Assembly: GCA_043228905.1 (NCBI GenBank)
Contig: JBHGNT010000011.1
Coordinates: forward strand, 9,114,001 to 9,178,000
DNA length: 64,000 nucleotides
Source of the DNA: Azolla caroliniana
Lineage: Eukaryota; Plantae; Polypodiophyta
Direction: 5' to 3'
Part shown: in pieces, positions 1 through 11,813 of the stretch
How positions within the stretch are numbered: position 1 is the stretch's first letter
Layout of the letters: each line of letters begins with the position of its first letter
Program-made: the position numbers and the translations under genes
Notes under the pieces: generated by a model
The model's input: only the letters and a program-made list of their open reading frames with translations
Told to the model about the DNA's origin: nothing
The model's database searches: none

Positions 1-1623
1 GATCGGCACCGTTCTTTCTCTCTCTCTCTCCTTTCTATCTATCTATCTATATTCTATCCTTATCTAATGCTTACATTAGTACATGTCTCTAATAGTTGGT
101 TTCAGAGCCTATGTTCTAATGTTTCTTTTGTTGTCTTTTGTTTTGTTGATTGATGGTGATCGATCGATGTGCGGTCAGCCTTGATCCAGACAACGATCAA
201 GAAAGGAACTTCGGTAACTCTTTCCTTATTTTTTTTTTCTCTATTTTTTCTTCTCCCATCTAATCATCTATATAGTCTATATGTAATTTTTTTCATTAAT
301 TCAATGATGTTGTAGTGATAATTAATTGGTTGTATGAAACGTTTACATATGTGTATGAGGTCAATACCTCATTTGACATATATTGAATATGTGATTAGTG
401 TCGTATGCGCACGCGATTAATACCTCAATTGTGTATTACGCTCACATACATATGTTACGTATGCGTATGAGGTCAATACCTCGATTTCGTTGTAAATGAT
501 ATGCGTAAGAGGTCAATACCTCAATTGCGTATCATGATGAACCCTTATTTTTAGATGTTTCGTGTGTGTAGAGGGTTTATGCCTCGATTACGTATCTCAA
601 TTATATCATTTATGGCTATTTGATGTAACGATTTGTTTAATGTACGCATAAGTGGTCACATGTATACGTATTTGATCGTATATATGTGATAAGTAAACAT
701 ATGTGTATATTTTATATTACGTGATTTCTATCGAATGTTGTCCTTTCCGGGAAAAGGATTTTGGTGGGCGTCCTCACATTTTTGTGAGAATGGCATTGTC
801 ACCATCCTCCTTTTTTTCAACAATTTTTTATTGTTGACATCCCCGTTGGTGAATTCGATTTTATTACGTAAAGAAATGCCTATAGCCACAATGATGTTGA
901 GAATGTAGCCACAATGATGTTGAGAATGATGATTTTATTACGAGACTTGAGGTTAGGTAACGTACCAACATATTTTGTAGTAAACGAGGGGGAAATAAGG
1001 ACTCTTGACATATATGTTTCTTTTAAAAAAACATATATGGGCAAATGCCTCGCATATCTCTTATACGCATGAAATATTAAACATTCACAAAGAGTAACCT
1101 ACTTGGTTGGCTCAACTATTTAATGTATTTGTTCTCGAGGTCTCGAGTTCAAATATGACCAAGACCATACAACATCGTTGATACATATGACTATAACACA
1201 TGTTTAGACTTGAGGTCTAAGTGCACTTCGGGGTCCTCGTAATAGGACTTAAAGAGCTGAAACCACATATGTGGGCACCGAAACGTAGTTTATTGTTAAC
1301 ATTTTTTTTCGTGTATAAACTATTCATGACGCGAACATACATGGTTGAGCCTCGGGGAGCCGCCATGAAAAAAATCGATATAGAGATCAGGGAAAGAAAT
1401 TTATTCGTCACCCCCATGGTTTTTAAAACACCTTTGTGTTACCATAGTAACCTGATCTTGAACCTCATCTCATTCGTCTAGAGGGGTATTGACGTGAGAT
1501 CATGATATCGATTAATGTTTGCCCATGATATGTTTACATCACGACATGATGTTATGACTATTTGTCTGACCTTATCCTATTTCTTTGCCAGAAATAATCA
1601 TTTAATGGCTCAAAATAACGACC

Positions 1624-2544
1624 TGACGAGAACTCAAGGCTCCTTATGCACAACGCTCAGCCACAACCGAGCTTAGGATCATACACAGAAAACGGGAAAC
1701 AAATGCACGCGACACAAAGGAGAGAAAAGGTACACAGAATGTTTACGTGGAAAACCCAAAGAGGGAAAAACCACGGCAGCCCACAGGCTGCAAACTATCA
1801 CTATGTTGGAATGTACAAAACAGTGAGTTCACAGAGGCAACGACCTCGTGCTCACGATCTTCGCCACATGCGGCGGTTACAACAGAGGCAACGACCTCTT
1901 TCTCTCTCTCTCTCTCTGTACACTGTTACGTGCTCTCTTCTTCTTGCACCAACAAGAAAATGACAACGAAAAACACACACAACACATATTTGCCCTAAGT
2001 CATATTTATACTAATATGACTTTTCGGCTATTTACAAATATAGCCTCGATGGGCTCTCAGAAACATATTTACGAATATGTCTCTTCCTCCGGTTCTCACC
2101 GAGTTTGCGTCATCCTGCTCTCCGTAGCCGGGTGCTGCTCATCCGGTTCTCACCGGGTCTGCACCATCCGGCCCTCCGTAGCCGGGTACTCCTCATCCGG
2201 TTCTCACCGGGCCTGCACCATCCGGCTCTCCGTAGCCAGGTACTCCTCATCCGGTTCTCACCGGGTCTGCACCATCCGGCTCTCCGTAGCCGGGTACTCC
2301 TCATCCGGTTCTCACCAGGCCTGCACCATCCGGCTCTCCGTAGCCCGGTACTCCTCATCCGGTTCTCACCGGGCCTGCACCATCCGGCTCTCTGTAGCCG
2401 GGTACTCCTCATCCGGTTCACACTGGGTCTACACCATCCGGCTCTCCGTAGCCGGGTACTCCTCATCTGGTTTCGGCCTCGGCCGAGATTGTTCGTCGGC
2501 ACTGTTCTTCTCCCTTCCCATCCGGAGGGACCTGTCTCCCAACA
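1624..2544 (-). mobile_element. Solo LTR (family A, Copia-associated) with TSD CGACC
   Basis: TG...CA termini; CGACC at 1619-1623 and 2545-2549. Homologous to 38155-38764, 54439-55101 and 57527-57775 (the three long copies share ACGTGGAAAACC..GGAAAAACCACG; all four share the terminal segment). Confidence 0.92.
2085..2462. repeat. 7 x 54-bp tandem repeat inside the solo LTR
   Basis: Unit TCATCCGGTTCTCACCGGGCCTGCACCATCCGGCTCTCCGTAGCCGGGTACTCC starting at 2085, 2139, 2193, 2247, 2301, 2355 and 2409. Confidence 0.97.
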
Positions 2545-5500
2545 CGACCTGATGTCATCCGCTCAAGCGGAAGGAACTCAAGGAAATCCTACTGGAAAAA
2601 TGTCCATTGAGATGTATTTTTCACAAATAACCCAATACCTTAGTTTCACCGCTCAACAGATGAACGAACTTCGGCAATCTCAAAGTGCTCTCGAGGCACA
2701 TGCCATTAGTTTATAACGTGAGACTAATAGACCTGACGAGCGACAGGGTGAGGCATCGTTTGTCGTTAAGCCATTTACGGGAGAAGAAAAGGAAAGAACC
2801 GAAGAAGCAATCTACACGTGGATGGGCCAATGGGAGTCTCATTTTGAGCTCTATCCCACACTAGATAGTACGAAGATTGCATATGTCGTCCGAGAACTAG
2901 GGGGTAAGGCCGCCGCCTGGTGGCGTGGGCTTCGAACTTTGGGGAAATTGCCCGATACCTAGACATATTTTGTCACAGTTTTTAAGGGCCAATTTCTGCA
3001 ACCTCCCTCTCGAACCGAGGTATCTCAAGCTTTAATGAACCTCTCTAGTAGGAAGTTTTCCTTGCTAGAAGACTATGTCCACCATGCTAGAACCCAAATC
3101 CAAAAGTCGGGTCTAGAAGGGGACAATTGGTTAATAACTTGTTTTGTCAATGGCATCCCCAATTCGGACTATCACTAGATAATGCACGATAAGGATCCAA
3201 AATTCTTCGAAGAGGCCGTTGAAATAGTTCTTCGCTATCAACGCACTTCGAAGGACCACAACAAACCCAACGAAGTGCCCGAGACTAAGCAGTTGCAATT
3301 TGTTGGGAAATGCAAGACACCCAACGAATTCATGGATCGCGATTGTAAGCGACAACATCCTTTTTGTGTATTCTACAAAAAGAAGGGTCATACAACAGAG
3401 CAATGTCAGAAGCTCCAACGGAAAGAGCACAACAACAAACCTAAAGTTGCAGACCATAAAGGTCAGATTCCTAATGTCCTTCAGGTCTATACACATCATT
3501 TAAGTAATTGTCAATGTTCTTTCCCTCACTATGTATTGGGTCCCAATGATTTACTACGTGCAAACGGGTATATCAATGGATCTCTCGTACAATTTTTGTT
3601 TGATTTGGGAAGCTCACACAACTTTGTGATGATCATTTGGTTCAGATATGGGGAATCCAACCCACCGTAAGTGATCACACCTATACGGTGCAGTTGGCTG
3701 ATGGAAGAGTACAATACATCAACGGGGCGATTCATTGATTAGGAATTTCTATTGATACTTATATAGAGGAAGTAGACTTCCATGTAATGAATCTTTGTAC
3801 CACTGATGTAATACTGGGTTATCCTTGGTTCTATAATAAAAGCTCTTCTTTATCTATTGATTGGGTTCATCATTCAATAACATTTGTACTGAACGATTGT
3901 ACTCATTTTATTCAATGTGTAAAAAAACAATCCCTCTCGATTGTTTCCTCTCCATCAATATCCGAGTTGTCTTGTTCTACTCTATTTTATTGTGTACTTG
4001 ATCCGGACATTCACGTTTACAATATCAGTAATGTCTCGGTTCAATTAATATATTTTGAACAACAACAACTTGATGAAATATTAAATGATTTTCGTGATGT
4101 TTTTCCGAGTGAACTACCTGATGGGTTACCTTGTAAACGTAATATAGACCATTGTATAGATATTGTACCTGGCGTTGCACCAATAAGTATACCTCCTTAT
4201 CTCTTAAGTCGATCCAAAGAGGATGAGGTATCTAAGCAACTCAAGGACTATTTACGAATGGGTTATATATGTTATAGTAAATCTCCATGGGGTGCGCCAG
4301 TTCTCTTGGTTAAAAAGAAAAAGGGCACATGGCGTATGTGTATTAATTATCGACACTTGAATAAAGTGACGATCAAGAATTCGTATCCATTGCCCTGGCT
4401 GACGATCTAATTGACCGTCTCCAGGGAGCTCGGTATTTTACGAAACTTGATCTCCGTACTAGCTACCATCAAATACGTATAAGTGAGGACGATGCTATAG
4501 GTGCTGTCTTATATCAAGATGGTAAACCAATAGCATTCAAGAGTAAGAAACTTGATTCTGCTCAATGTCGGTATACTGTTCAAGAAAAGGAATTATTTGC
4601 AGTTATACATGCGCTCAAAACATGGTGCCATTATCTTTATGGAAATCGCTTTGTGGTAACTACAGACCACGAGTCCTTGAAATATTTTTGTGACCAACAA
4701 GACCTGAAAGGTCGTAAGGCATGATGGGCTGATCTCATCTAGGACTTTGATGTTTCCATCGTAAAGGTTCCATGAACACTGTCGTTGATGCACTAAGTCG
4801 CATCCGTGAAGTTAACATGCTTAGCTTCACTGAAATAACATCAGATCTTTATAATCACCTTCGAGGAAAGTATCCCGAGGACAGTTATTTTGCAAAATAC
4901 TGGGCAAGAGTTGAGTCTGGAATAGACACCACCACATCCTTGAAGGAATGCTTCCACATTGCTAACGGTCTGCTCTATCGTAATGGGAAGGTTTGTGTTC
5001 CATATTTGCCTGAGGTAAAAAAGAGAATCCTTTTTGAATGCCATGATGCACCCTCAGTAGGGCACCCTGGAATACATCGTACACTCGCTCTCATCTCCAC
5101 TCAATTCTATTGGCCTAAGATGCGTCCTGACATACATAGTTATGTGACTAAATGTCACCAATGTCAGGTTAATAAAGCCGAGCGACTTAAAGCCGCAAGA
5201 CTTTTACATCCCATGGGCATTCCCAATAATAAGTGGGAAAGTATATCCATGGATTTTATTGTTAGCCTTCCTCTCACCCAAAAAGGTCATGATGCCATCT
5301 GGGTTGTGGTTGATAGACTAATTAAAATGGCAAGATTTATTGCTACTAAAACCACGGTAACAACTCATGAATTGGCTTACCAATTCGTTGACGAGTTATT
5401 TCGTTTTTATGGGTTACCGATGGATATCGTGAGTGATTGAGATCCAAAGTTTACTAGTGACTTCTGGACACAAGTCTTTAAGAAGTTAGAAATTACATTG

Positions 5501-6139
5501 AGCATGAGTTCCATGGATCATCCTCAATCCGATGGACAGATAGAACGAGTAAATCAAATTATTGAGGACATACTTCGAGCATACGTTGGTGCAAAACCAA
5601 CAAAATGGGAACGTTATCTCCCAATTTTGGAGTTTGCTTATAACAACTCCAAGCATACGTTGATGGGATATAGTCCTTTTATGTTGATGTATGGTTTTCA
5701 GCCATGAGCCCCGATTGATGTTAATATACATCATGATGAGTTGCGAAGTACGCAAAACTTTCTTCGGGATATGCAAGATATGTTGCATATTGCACAAGAT
5801 ACTATAAAAACGGCTCAAGATAGAGCGCGTTTTTATGTTGATCATCATAGGCAACCTCGTGTATTCAACCCTAGACAGAAGGTACTTTTACATGTACCTC
5901 ACAATTCTAAGACATTGTCTAAGGGTAAGTGCGCTAAGTTAGCTCCACGGTTTTGTGAACCTTTTGTAGTCCTCAAACGCATTGGGTCATCAGCCTATCG
6001 TTTCGCTCTTCCCGATGGTGTTGAAATTCATCCAGTTTTCCATGTGAGTCATCTAAAAGAACTTCTAGGTTCTGGCGACAATACAGTTACAACTGAAATC
6101 GTGCAAATATGCCTCGTCTAAAAGAACTTCTAGGTTCTA

Positions 6140-7340
6140 GGAGCTGTGCGACTCCCTTGGGTCGAACAATGTTAACATTGACGATGATGAAATTGTGCAA
6201 ATATGCCTCAGTGGCCTAACACCTCGGCTTGGCACAATAAGGTCAGTCATCCTCGCAAGGAAGAATACCCCCTCCTTTGATCTCCAGTCGATGCTACTAG
6301 TCGAAGAAAATCACGTTCGAACGAGGAACAATGTACAAGAAGGACACATGCTCTATTATAACTCGGATGTAGGAAGGGGACATGACCGTGGAAGAAGAGG
6401 ATGATTCGGCCAAGGCTGACACAACTACGGGTAATCCTATGAGAACAACCTCTACTACTGACAAGAGGTCTCGAACACGAGGGGAGGAGCCTTTGGTAGA
6501 AGGGGGAGCAATCATGCCAGACCAAGCTGACAAATCAACTGTGTCTAGTGGTAATACTGTGGCAAATTCGGCCACTACAAGGTCGAGTGTTTGAAGAAAA
6601 AAAGCGAGTCAACGTTCTCAAGCCCATAACTTATTAACTACGCCTCAAATTACGACTACGATGATCGTGGTGGAATGTTCATGATGTGGCATAGAGCGAA
6701 TTCGATGACGATATCTCGACCAACACCTCCAGTTCAGAAAAAGTATGGTTTGTCGACTCGGGTGCATCCAATCACATGACGTCTCATAAATTGCAAAAGC
6801 CCAAATGACCTGGCTATGTGGAAACATGGGAGGCCACAATTCACCCCATTCAACGTGTCGGTAATGTCCCCTTCGATGAAGAGGGAAATCAGACTTACAT
6901 CAAGAACATGTTGCATGTTCCAATTATGACGAAGAATCTGGTCTCAGTCGGCCAGATCTTGGAACAAGGCATGCAAGTCTGGTTCAATTACGGAGGTTAC
7001 TCCATCGAAAAGGAAGGCCGAATTATTTCTTATGGACAAAGAGAAGGTCAAATGTTCATCCTCGATTCTCACGATTTAAAATTGACAATGTTTGCCAAGG
7101 GCCATAAAGCCTATGCCAACATAGAGCTATGACACAAAAGAATCGGTCACAAAAATCTCCAGAAGCTTAAAGGAATGCAGTCGAAAGGAGTCGTAACCGG
7201 ACTCCTAACCTTTATTGAGAAGGAGATTGCAGGTGTAATCGAAGCCTGTCAATTTGGCAAACATCATCGACTATGGGGACTAGCCCAACTGGTAACATTC
7301 GGCAGATGCCGATATTATGTGATGTTCATCGGCGACTTCG
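6140..7340 (+). pseudogene. Ty1/Copia gag-protease-GAG-pre-integrase fragment
   Basis: SFDLQSMLLVEENH, zinc knuckle (YCGKFGH), WFVDSGASNHM, LHVP...KNLVSVGQI; same family as 30100-31966/37341-38059. Confidence 0.85.
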
Positions 7341-9404
7341 GTAGCCCTCGTTGGTTGGATGCACGTTCGTAACCACTATTCATCTAACTGGTTATGTATG
7401 TGGTATATAGAACATGTAAGGAAAACTCAACATAGATAACTCGACACAGGACACAGAAACAGAGTATTAGCAATCAGATTATATTAAAAAAGGGATCATG
7501 GGCGGTTACGAAGAGAGTGTGAATTGCCCCTACTAATAATAACTATTGCCATTTTAAGTTCAACTTTCTTTGCTGCTCACTCGGCCTCACCTGTCTTTAG
7601 TTCAGCCCATAACTGTTTCTTAGCCTTTTCACACTTGGTTGTTTGAACCGGCCAACAGACCAGATTGAGTGGAGCACAGGAGCCTCCAAGCGACCAAAGC
7701 ACGCCGCAACTGAGTCCAAAGATGGACAAAGGGAGCGATTCCAAAGGACAGTTTTATGTTTCTAGAGACATGGAAATTAATGTTATTGGTTAAGGGTTAA
7801 TGATTATGATAATGATGAAGATAGAAATGGTTAGCGACGATGGATTGATAAAGAATGTAGATGGTGATGGAGATGATGAGTGTTGCGGGGTAATAACATG
7901 TTTGCGATGTGCATTGAGAAGCATTGCAGGTGGGGGTGGCGCCTAGAATGGGTTCACCCCCATCCCAAGGAGGTTCAACGTGGGGGGGTGGGGGGGGGGG
8001 GGGGGAAAGAGAGAGAGAGAGAAATCTTTCTTATGTTTCATTCATTTCCTATAAGGGGGTTAAATAGTACAAAGAGGGGGGTAGATACATAGGGGTGCAA
8101 GCCCCCTTAGCCATCCACACTAATCACACACTCTCACCTCTTCTTATCTATCCACATGCACACACATGTGCATATGTTGACATATGCATCTACTCACACC
8201 CACAATTACACTTGTGGACATTTACACATACAAATCAACACTTTACTTTTTCACCGTCACTTGTCATTCTCAAATCTCTATACATCTTGTACAGTAACAC
8301 ATATGGCAATGCTCGTGGACAATGCATTGCACGTCGATTCTACATCGCTTGATCATCATCTCTATTCAATGGGAACTTCATCGGTCTTCTTTGCAATTGA
8401 CTCCCTCGATTGAAATGCTTGACCTGAACATATCATTTAGTCAGCAAATCTTCCCCGACATGAACATCTCGTTCTGTTGGCACACAAACTTTGGTATCAT
8501 CTTTCGGGTCTTTTAAAAAAACGTTGTGTGTATGTGTGTTCTTCCTTTAATTTTCTCTGAGTTGTCGTGAGTCGATCGCGTCCATTTCTTTAAGGTTGAT
8601 GAGTTTTCAAAATTTTGTCGATGCCCTTCAGTTTTTAAAATTCTATTATATACCCTCAAATTTTTTAAAATTTCTCCCAGTGCCCCTCATGTTTGTGAAA
8701 TTGTCAAATGGCCTTGACTCTCTCTTTTTTCTTTTTTCTTTTTTTTTCCTCTTTTTTTTTTTCTTCTTCTTGTCTTCCTTTCTGTTTCTGCATCTGCCGT
8801 TGATCTGACGTCATCTTCTTTCTCCTTCATTCTTCTTCTTGTCTACATTTCCTATGTTCCTTCTTCTTTTATGCATTTTTTGTTTCTCGCTTCACCTTGT
8901 TGTTTCCATCATCGGTTGTTTGTGCCCATGTTTGTGTCTGTATCTCCATCTCTGTCTTCGGCTTCGGTTTCGTCTCTGTGTTCGTTTCGGTCAGCTATCT
9001 ATCGGTTATCCGGCCATCACCGTTGGTTGGCCATTGTCCCAACCATTGTTCAGCCGCCATGATTGTCGTCCATTGTCCTTTCTTTCCACCATCATCCCCA
9101 TCTTTGGTTGGTTGTTTGTTTGGTCATCGTTTCTGTTCGGCTCGTCCGCCACTTTGCCTATTGTTGTCGACCACCCATTATTCAGTGTCTCCATCTCTAT
9201 TGCTATATGGCAGGCCGTTCCGTCATTCAGCAATGATGCAACAATTAGTTGCCAACAATGTTTGTCTCTTTTTGATGAGGCATAGGGCCGTTGTTGTTAT
9301 TTGGCCATTGGCCATTACTCCAACCGCTTTTTCCTTGTCGCACTTTTGAATCTTTGTTCGTAGTCTCTGATCATTTGGTTGTCCCCATCCTCGTCGTTCG
9401 TCGT

Positions 9405-9753
9405 TGTAATGAACATTGACTCGAATTCGAGCCTTAGGTCCTTGTATATATTTATATTTCTCCTAGACAAACTTTAGATTTTAAACCTTTGTATAAAGAG
9501 TAGTATGTAAGACTTGGCATGCAAGAATTAATATGCTTGATATTATAGTATGTAAGACTAAGTATGTATGACTTGGCATGACCAAACTTATCATGTGTCA
9601 TAAATGTATAAAAGGGTCATTCTCCCTTGTTAATATCAAGGAGATCAACACCAGTCATGGAATAGATATTCTCACTCATTGCCATCAACTTCCCCATCTC
9701 TCTATCTTGCCAACTTCCCCATCTCCTTCTCTTCCAACTGTTCATCCGTGATA
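9405..9753 (+). mobile_element. Gypsy-type LTR (family F), inverted relative to the copy at 11445-11813
   Basis: Reverse-complement similarity along its whole length to 11445-11813; TATAAAAG at ~9607. Confidence 0.85.
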
Positions 9754-10123
9754 GATTGATCTCCTTTGGGGAGCTAAAATCTATGGCGAGAGTTGAAGAT
9801 GAAGGGGAGGATGACATGGGAGGGGGGGGGGGGGGGGGGGGGGGGGTGTCAACCACGATTGGTGACTTCGCGTATCGGCTGGCCAAGGTGCATGGATCTG
9901 GTAAGGATGTTGGACATCTTGCTGGAACTCAAGGAGATGGTTGTCATAGCGTTGTCGCCGTATTCCGCATGGATGCGTAGAAATGGGGCAAGACCACCGG
10001 GGTCTCGGACCAAGGAGCCGGTAAGTGAGAAAGGTAGTCTGGATTGATCCCGGATAGCTTTTCCGTATTGGTTCTCGGACGCGTATCCGATCTGGAAATG
10101 ATTCCTTGATGACGGGCAACAAC

Positions 10124-10769
10124 TATGAGCTCACGGCCTCATAGACTCAGACGCACATAAGCAACAAAAAGGAACAACACGGAAACACCCGAACACAAGA
10201 ACAGACTTAGCAAAATAGTAATGATTAACAAAGGACCAGAAAGAGGACAACCGGGCGCGGCTGGCAACAGAGCTTCGAGCTCCACACACCCACCTACACA
10301 CATAGAATGATGAAACTCTGGTGGGGAGCTCTCGGGCTTCTTGCGCGAGGAAAGACTTCACCTTCTTCCTCGAATCAACACAAAGCACAAGACAGAGGGA
10401 GGGAGAGAGCTTCAACGCTCAAAATGATCGCACTTCGTCCTCCAAATCGTAGCCCCACTTTTGTCTTCTCTCTCTCCTTTTATAGCCCAAGGAGCGAGAG
10501 AAGCCGTTACATCAGGCTATTAAGACACTTGCTTCCCGTTAGAGATCCTCCCTCGATCTCCTCCCCCTTTCAATCTACTTTATTCCCCTTATACGTGTGG
10601 GACATTAAAGTACCCATTCATCTCAAGTTGCCTAGTATTCCTCGGTCACTCAACTAATACTATGTTTATTTACACATGATTATACATGAAGACATTTTGA
10701 GTGCATTGATGCACACCCCCGTTCACGTGCTCTCTGAGCCTTTTCTCCTAGCAGCTGGAATTCCTCATG
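10124..10769. mobile_element. Probable solo LTR with TSD ACAAC
   Basis: ACAAC at 10119-10123 and 10770-10774; short terminal inverted repeat TATGAG...CTCATG (decayed TG...CA). Confidence 0.55.
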
Positions 10770-11039
10770 ACAACACACAGGTTGGGAAATAGCCCCATTC
10801 AAAGATGTGGGTTCAAGAAAGTTAAGCAATAGATTTTTTTATCTCACCTCATAATCCTCGATGGAATTGATCAAGGAGGGGTTGTCCGTCCCATTCGATA
10901 TTACACTCAAGCTAACAAAATTCAGATGCATAGATTGATGCCGCACGTTCTCCTTGTTGTAATGCATATAGTTTGTTGAGTGCGGCTTGTTGTTTGTTGG
11001 TCTCGCCGAAAGTTGCTTCAAATTCGGTAACAAATGCTT

Positions 11040-11813
11040 GGAAGTCGGTCAACAGGGGTGAAGAGGTCTCCACTAGAGGGGCAACCAAAGCTTCGGTTTA
11101 TCCTATCAAGAACGTGCCGATGAGCCTAGCTCGTCAAAAGTCATAAGAATAACGCCGGGGCTGAAGGTGAATAATAAGGCGGATCTGGTTGATGAAACCT
11201 CTTAACTGTGACCTTGTTCCATCGAATTTATCTGGCAAGTTGATATTGGGCTCTATGGCAAAAGGGTCAATAATTGGGTAAGCTATGATAGTTGTGGTCG
11301 CCTGAAGTTCTTGGATAGAGTTTTGCAAGTTCTCATTCTCATGTTGGAGTTGTTACAAGGCCGCCAAATTTTGGTCAAGGTTACAAGATGATTTTGAGAT
11401 AATAGGGTATTGAGAAAGAAGAAAAAGAAGGAAGGAGATCAATTTGTCACGAATGATTAGTTGGAAGATAGGGAGATGGGAAGTTCACAAGATAGAGAGA
11501 TGCGGAAGTTGATGACAATGAATGAGAATATCTATTCCATGACTAGTGTTGATCTCCTTGATGTTAAGAAGGGAGATAAACCCTTTTTATACATGTAGTG
11601 ATGCATGATAAGCATGCGAGTCATGCCAAGTCATGCACACTTAGTCTTACATATTATAACATCACGCATACTAATTCTTACATGTCAAGTCTTACATACT
11701 ACTCTTTATACAAAGGTTTAAAGTCTAAAGTTTGTCTAGGATATATATATAGATATATATATATCTATATATACAAGAACCTAATCTACGAATTCCAGTC
11801 GATGTTCATGACA
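11040..11813 (-). mobile_element. 5' LTR (11445-11813, family F) plus chromovirus gag fragment
   Basis: gag EPNINLPDKFDGTRSQLRGFINQIRL is homologous to the gag at 45020-45439 and ~53410-53870. Confidence 0.85.

Larger units (their letters stand above)
1..6115 (+). mobile_element. Decayed Ty3/Gypsy LTR retrotransposon (end of 5' LTR, PBS, long leader, gag-PR-RT-RH-INT), 3' truncated
   Basis: PBS-like TGGTTTCAGAGCC at 97-109. The gag ATG at 1605 (MAQNND|LMSSAQAEG) is split by a solo LTR. Motifs: protease [34 protein letters not shown], integrase HPG..C..C, WESISMDFI, HPQSDGQIER and IHPVFHVS. Many stops and frameshifts, and an internal RT deletion near 4490. Confidence 0.92.

Noticed and set aside
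1095-1160. Weak A/B-box-like sequence in the Gypsy leader
   Set aside because: The boxes are degenerate and single-copy here; not distinguishable from chance.
1848-2716. Long repetitive ORFs (234, 203 and 130 aa) and a CRISPR-like look
   Set aside because: They arise from a 54-bp tandem repeat inside a solo LTR. There are no unique spacers and no cas genes, and the context is eukaryotic.
8596-9349. Hydrophobic or Cys-rich ORFs (also 12024-12913 and 62025-62351)
   Set aside because: By-products of low-complexity T/C-rich or A/G-rich TE sequence; no protein family motifs.
9782-9980. Poly-Gly/poly-Pro ORFs
   Set aside because: Caused by a G homopolymer within a TE fragment; the length may also be a sequencing artefact.
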